Both the position numbers and the translations under genes were made by a program. This document shows positions 58,687-64,000 of a DNA stretch of 64,000 bases, piece after piece (position 1 is the stretch's first letter; the number at the start of each line of letters is the position of its first letter). This DNA comes from the human T2T-CHM13v2.0 reference genome, Homo sapiens. The notes beneath the pieces were generated by a model that was not told the DNA's origin, made no database searches, and saw only the letters and a program-made list of their open reading frames with translations. The stretch lies in assembly GCF_009914755.1 (NCBI RefSeq), contig NC_060941.1, one strand, 5' to 3'.

Positions 58687-58896
58687 CTGTTCCATGTGTT
58701 CAAATACTGCTGGAGTAGCAATAGTAGCAGGTGCTTCTTCAATAATCTTCTGATGCCTGCGTTGTACAGAGCAATCACGACCAAACAAAGAGATAGCATT
58801 GCCATATTGGTCCGCTAAGATCTGCACCTCCAGATGACGAGATTGTTTGGCTAGTCTCATCACAAATATGGGAGATCCAGGAACTTCAGCTTGAAC
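58687..58896 (-). CDS. ACACA: ACACA exon, 210 nt, [11 protein letters not shown]...FEHMEQ (biotin carboxylase ATP-grasp, ~aa 337-406)
   Basis: Acceptor TACAG (AG at 58897-8), donor GTACAT; contains the [19 protein letters not shown] signature. Confidence 0.97.
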
Positions 58897-61132
58897 CTGT
58901 ATTAGAAAAGGGGGAAAAAAAAAACCAATTCTTAAATTTTAAACTTTTTATCTATCTTGATAAGCTACTTTGATTTCAACAAGCAGATGTCCAGAAGTGT
59001 CAGGAACCATGTTAATCAGCAGAAATACAAAACTGAATAAAATACAGTCCATGCTGTCATCTTTAATATCTTTAAGATGCTGCATTCTTACATAACCAAT
59101 ATTAATTGATAAATATGAAAACATACGAACATCTGGTGCATCACAAAGGTAAACAACAAAATATTTGAAAACATAGGCACATACACAAATCCAACAACAG
59201 GGCAAAATACTGCCATCCTGTACTCTGTACAACCAAATGTACAACTTGTTCCAGACAAGATACTTTCCTGGTTCACATTACATCATATATGGTATTGTTG
59301 CAGCCAAAGGACTTTCATCTTTAGTTTTGAAGAATATTACTGTTGGGGACAGAATTCTAAAATGGTAACTATTTTTTTTCTCAGCACTTTAAATAATCCC
59401 AATGATTTTCAGCTTTCACTGTTTCTACTGAGATGCCAACTGTCAATCTTATTGTTACTATTTTGAAAGTAATCTTTATTCCTCAGCTGGTTTAAGATTT
59501 TCTCTCTTTCTGTCTTTTATAGGGGGGAGGGTGGTAGATTTACTCTGATAAGCATAGATGTGGTTCTTTGTATTTGTCTTGCTTGAGGCTCATAGTGCTT
59601 TTTGAATCTGTCCTTGGTATCTTTTATCTGTTCAAAGAAATTCTTAGCTTTTCTCTCTTCAAATATGGCTTCTGCTTCATCATTTCTTCAATTATTGTTT
59701 CTGCTCCATTCTCTTTCTCTTCTCCTCTGAGACTTAAAGTACATGATGTTAGACCATTTCACATAACCATATGTCTTTTATGCTCTGTATCTTTTTTGCT
59801 CTGTTTTGCCATGTAGCAAGTCATCTCAAAACTCAGTGGCTTGCTTAGAACATCAACCTTTTATGATGTTGTTCTCATCTGGGCAGTTCTTCTTCTGGTC
59901 TTGCACTTACATACATATCATCATCTGGTAGCTTGAGTGGGGTAGAATGGTCTCACTCAGATGTCTGGTGATTTGTGCTGACTGCTGGCTGGTAGGTCTA
60001 GGGAGCCTCAGCTGGAATCGTTCATCTCCAATGCAGGTGGCTTCTCATCCTGCAGCAGGCTAGACTAGGCTTCTTCAGTGATGTGTTCCAAGAGGGGAAG
60101 AAGCTGTAAGGCCTCTTGAGGTCTAGGCTCTCGAATTTATACATCACTTTGGCCACATTCTAATGGTCTAAGCAAGCCACAAAGCCAGCTAAGATTCAAG
60201 GGGTAGGGAAAATAGATGCCACCCCTGGAAGGGAGGAACAGCAAAGTCACATTGCAAAGGGTGTACATACAGGAATGGGAGGAGTTATTGTCGCCATCTC
60301 TTGCAAACAACTTACTATGCTCTACCCTATGGCCACAATAATTCACATACCTCCCACATGCAAAATAGACTCACCCCCTCCCAAGACCCCCAAAGTCTCA
60401 TCCAATCATGGCATTGGGCTTGACGTCCATTTTCTCATGAGTCATGTCCAGAAGAAAATGAGGTTCCTTGGGTGCAACTCCTCAGGTACAGTTTCTCTTG
60501 ATCCAAAGACCTGGGAACTAAGAAGACAAGTTATCTGGCCCAACACTCCCAATATTTATGATGATATTGGGAGGGGATAACTGCAAATGAGACTGCTGTT
60601 CAAAGAGGAGGAAATAGGAGGTACATAGTAGTCATTGGTCCATAGCAATTCTGAAATCCAGATAGGTACATGCTGTCAGATTCCCTTACTCCAGGGTCAG
60701 GAATGCTTTTCATTTTGTTTTGTTTTGTTTTGTTTTTCAGGATCTAGTTTGGTTCCCTGGGAGTAGGTCCTTAATCCATGGCATCCCCTGCTCCTAGCTC
60801 TGCCCTCTGGGCTCCTGACTCCACTCTCTGAGAAATCCCTCTTTTTATTTGAAATGACAGCTATTTACAGCTGAATAGCTTTCTGTCTGCTTCCTGCTCA
60901 TTAAAAAGTTTAAGGCTCAGAGGTCACTTTTCATTTTGAACTGTTTCTGGCCCTTTCAGTCCCTTGGTGCATTCATCAACACAAGTCTCTTGACAACTTT
61001 GTGGGTTTCCTATGAATCATATTGGGGTTCACCGCTCACCCAAAGAGACACATCCACAACTCATGTCTGCATAGACCTCTCTATACTTTGGGCACGTCAG
61101 GATGCTGTGAGACAGTACCCTTAAGATACTTA

Positions 61133-61519
<387 letters not shown>

Positions 61520-62397
61520 TTATTAGCTACTACCTTAAAGATTTCTGAGGCCTTAAAGTCACAGGCACTCTTGACTTGGTCTTTACTCTGAGGCATTTTT
61601 TACTTTGCAAATCTTTTGCCAGCTGGAGAGACTCGGGATGAGAAACAATTCTATTTTCAACAAGTTCTGGGTCCTTTACATTTCTGTAAATTCTGCTTGT
61701 AAGCAAAACATCTTCTTTAGCTTACCTCTCTTTTACAGTTTTTTAGCATAAGCAACTAGAAGCACTCCACAGATACTTTAAACACTTGTAGAGAGCTCCT
61801 TAACCAGATCCATGACTTCATTAAATATATTATTTGTCTTCCAAGTTACCTCAGATAACATTTTTTTGCCAATTGTTCCATTATTACAGAACATGGATCT
61901 TTTTTCCAGACTCCAGTAACAATTACTACACTGCTTTTCCAGCCTCCCTTAACAATTCATCATTCTTCCAGTCTTCATTAACATCCTCCTCACCAATGTT
62001 CAGCCTACACCTATGAGCCAGTTTTAAAGTCAATGTCTTACGTTTTACTTTTCTGTTATGGCAACATCATACCGTTAGGTATCAATTTCTGTGTCAATTA
62101 TCCATTGATACCTAACAAACTACCAAAATCTTAGTGACTTGGTATAGCAACCATTTTATTTTATTTGCTCATGAGTGTGTGGATCAGCATTTTGAACTGG
62201 GCACAACTGGCAGTTCTGATCTTGCCTGGAGTAATTCATGCAGCTATAGTCATCTGGCAGCTCAACTGGGGTTAGATGGTCAAATATGGTCTCATTTACA
62301 TGTCTCAAATGTGGTGCTGCTGACTGTCCTAGTAGGACTAGGAGGCCTTAGCTGGGACAACTCATCTCTGCTCATGTGACCTCTCCTTCTCTAGTAG

Positions 62398-63003
<606 letters not shown>

Positions 63004-63702
63004 TAATTTTAGTTATTGCATTTTCAGTTCTAGAACTTTTGTTTCTTCTTTATGATTTCCAGTTCTCTACCAAAATTCTCAATCTTGCCTTTACTTTCCT
63101 TGAATATATTACGCAGAATTACTTTAAAGTCCTTGTCTGATAATCTCATTATATAAACCCTCTGTGGGTCTGTTTCTACTGTTTTGTTCTTCTTGGTTTT
63201 CAATCATCTAATTTTGTATGCCTATTTTCAATTGAGTGGTTGATAAGCTGTAAGAAAAATTAATAGAAATAATTTTAAGTTCTGGATGTTATCTTTCTCT
63301 GGAAAGGATTTACATTTGCTTCCTGCAGGTGTCTAGAAGCACTAGCAATCCTAAAACATCTTGCTTAAATCAGAGGTTGAATGTTTTGAAGCCAAGATTT
63401 AGTCCCTGTGAGGGCTAGTCTATTTCCAGTTCACCCTTTCTCCCATGATGTAGTCAGTCCTTAAAGATCCTAACCTAAAATGTGGGAGGTTTTCCAGGGC
63501 ACCCCTCCCCAGGAAGCCCTCTTAGTCTTTTAAGACTGTTGAAAACTTATCAGCCTTTCTACTATCTTGAACTAGAAGATATATCTAGGGGAAAAGTAGC
63601 CTCATATGTCAGGCTCACATCTCTGGGTTTCCTTTTTCTCTTGTATGTTAGCCCCATAATTCTTCACTGTCTTGAATGGTCTCTAATGCCGTAAAATGTA
63701 AT

Positions 63703-63715
63703 ATATCTATATCTA

Positions 63716-63746
<31 letters not shown>

Positions 63747-63771
63747 ATATATATATATATATATATATATC
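63703..63771. repeat. (TCTA)n(TA)n compound microsatellite
   Basis: Read directly. Confidence 0.95.
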
Positions 63772-64000
63772 TGGTTCAGCTTTTCTAGTTTGTTCCCAAT
63801 GGGAGGATTAGTTTATTCAGCCAACTAGTATTGAAACTTAAGGACTTTCACAGAAAACCTTCCCTTAGTGTTTTAAGACTTTTCCACTATTTGATTCCAT
63901 AAGTAATGAGTAGTTTTGAAATGTCTGTAAGAGTTAACATTAATTAACATGCCTTTTTTTTCTTTTTGCTTCTAAGAGCAGTCTTTTTTCTCTAGACTCT

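Overview
Primate, very probably human, genomic DNA: an internal 64-kb slice of the acetyl-CoA carboxylase 1 gene ACACA, transcribed on the minus strand. Hand assembly gives 23 coding exons with GT-AG boundaries and consistent phases. They total 2937 nt (979 codons), about residues 337-1315 in the 2346-aa isoform numbering. This covers the C-terminal part of the biotin carboxylase domain, the BT domain, the biotin-carrier domain (EVMKM, Lys786) and the central domain. The central domain includes the 24-nt cassette microexon and the Ser1201, Ser1216 and Ser1263 phosphosites. The start and stop codons lie outside the window. Introns carry about 37 Alu/FLAM copies plus L1, L2, MIR, MaLR/ERVL LTRs and DNA-transposon fossils. 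Most ORF-track entries are spurious Alu or intronic frames. The most notable observations are: (1) a four-exon 483-nt block closely bracketed by inverted Alus, whose back-splice would give a stop-free circular ORF with a Kozak-context ATG just after the junction; (2) two ACUAAC (QKI/SF1) motifs at the microexon branch region; (3) candidate unannotated poison exons in the repeat-poor introns around the microexon; (4) a rare GAG acceptor; (5) a CpG-retaining candidate enhancer and a CTCF-like site; (6) perfect palindromes and an old intra-intron duplication. TE family calls are by eye and their boundaries are approximate.
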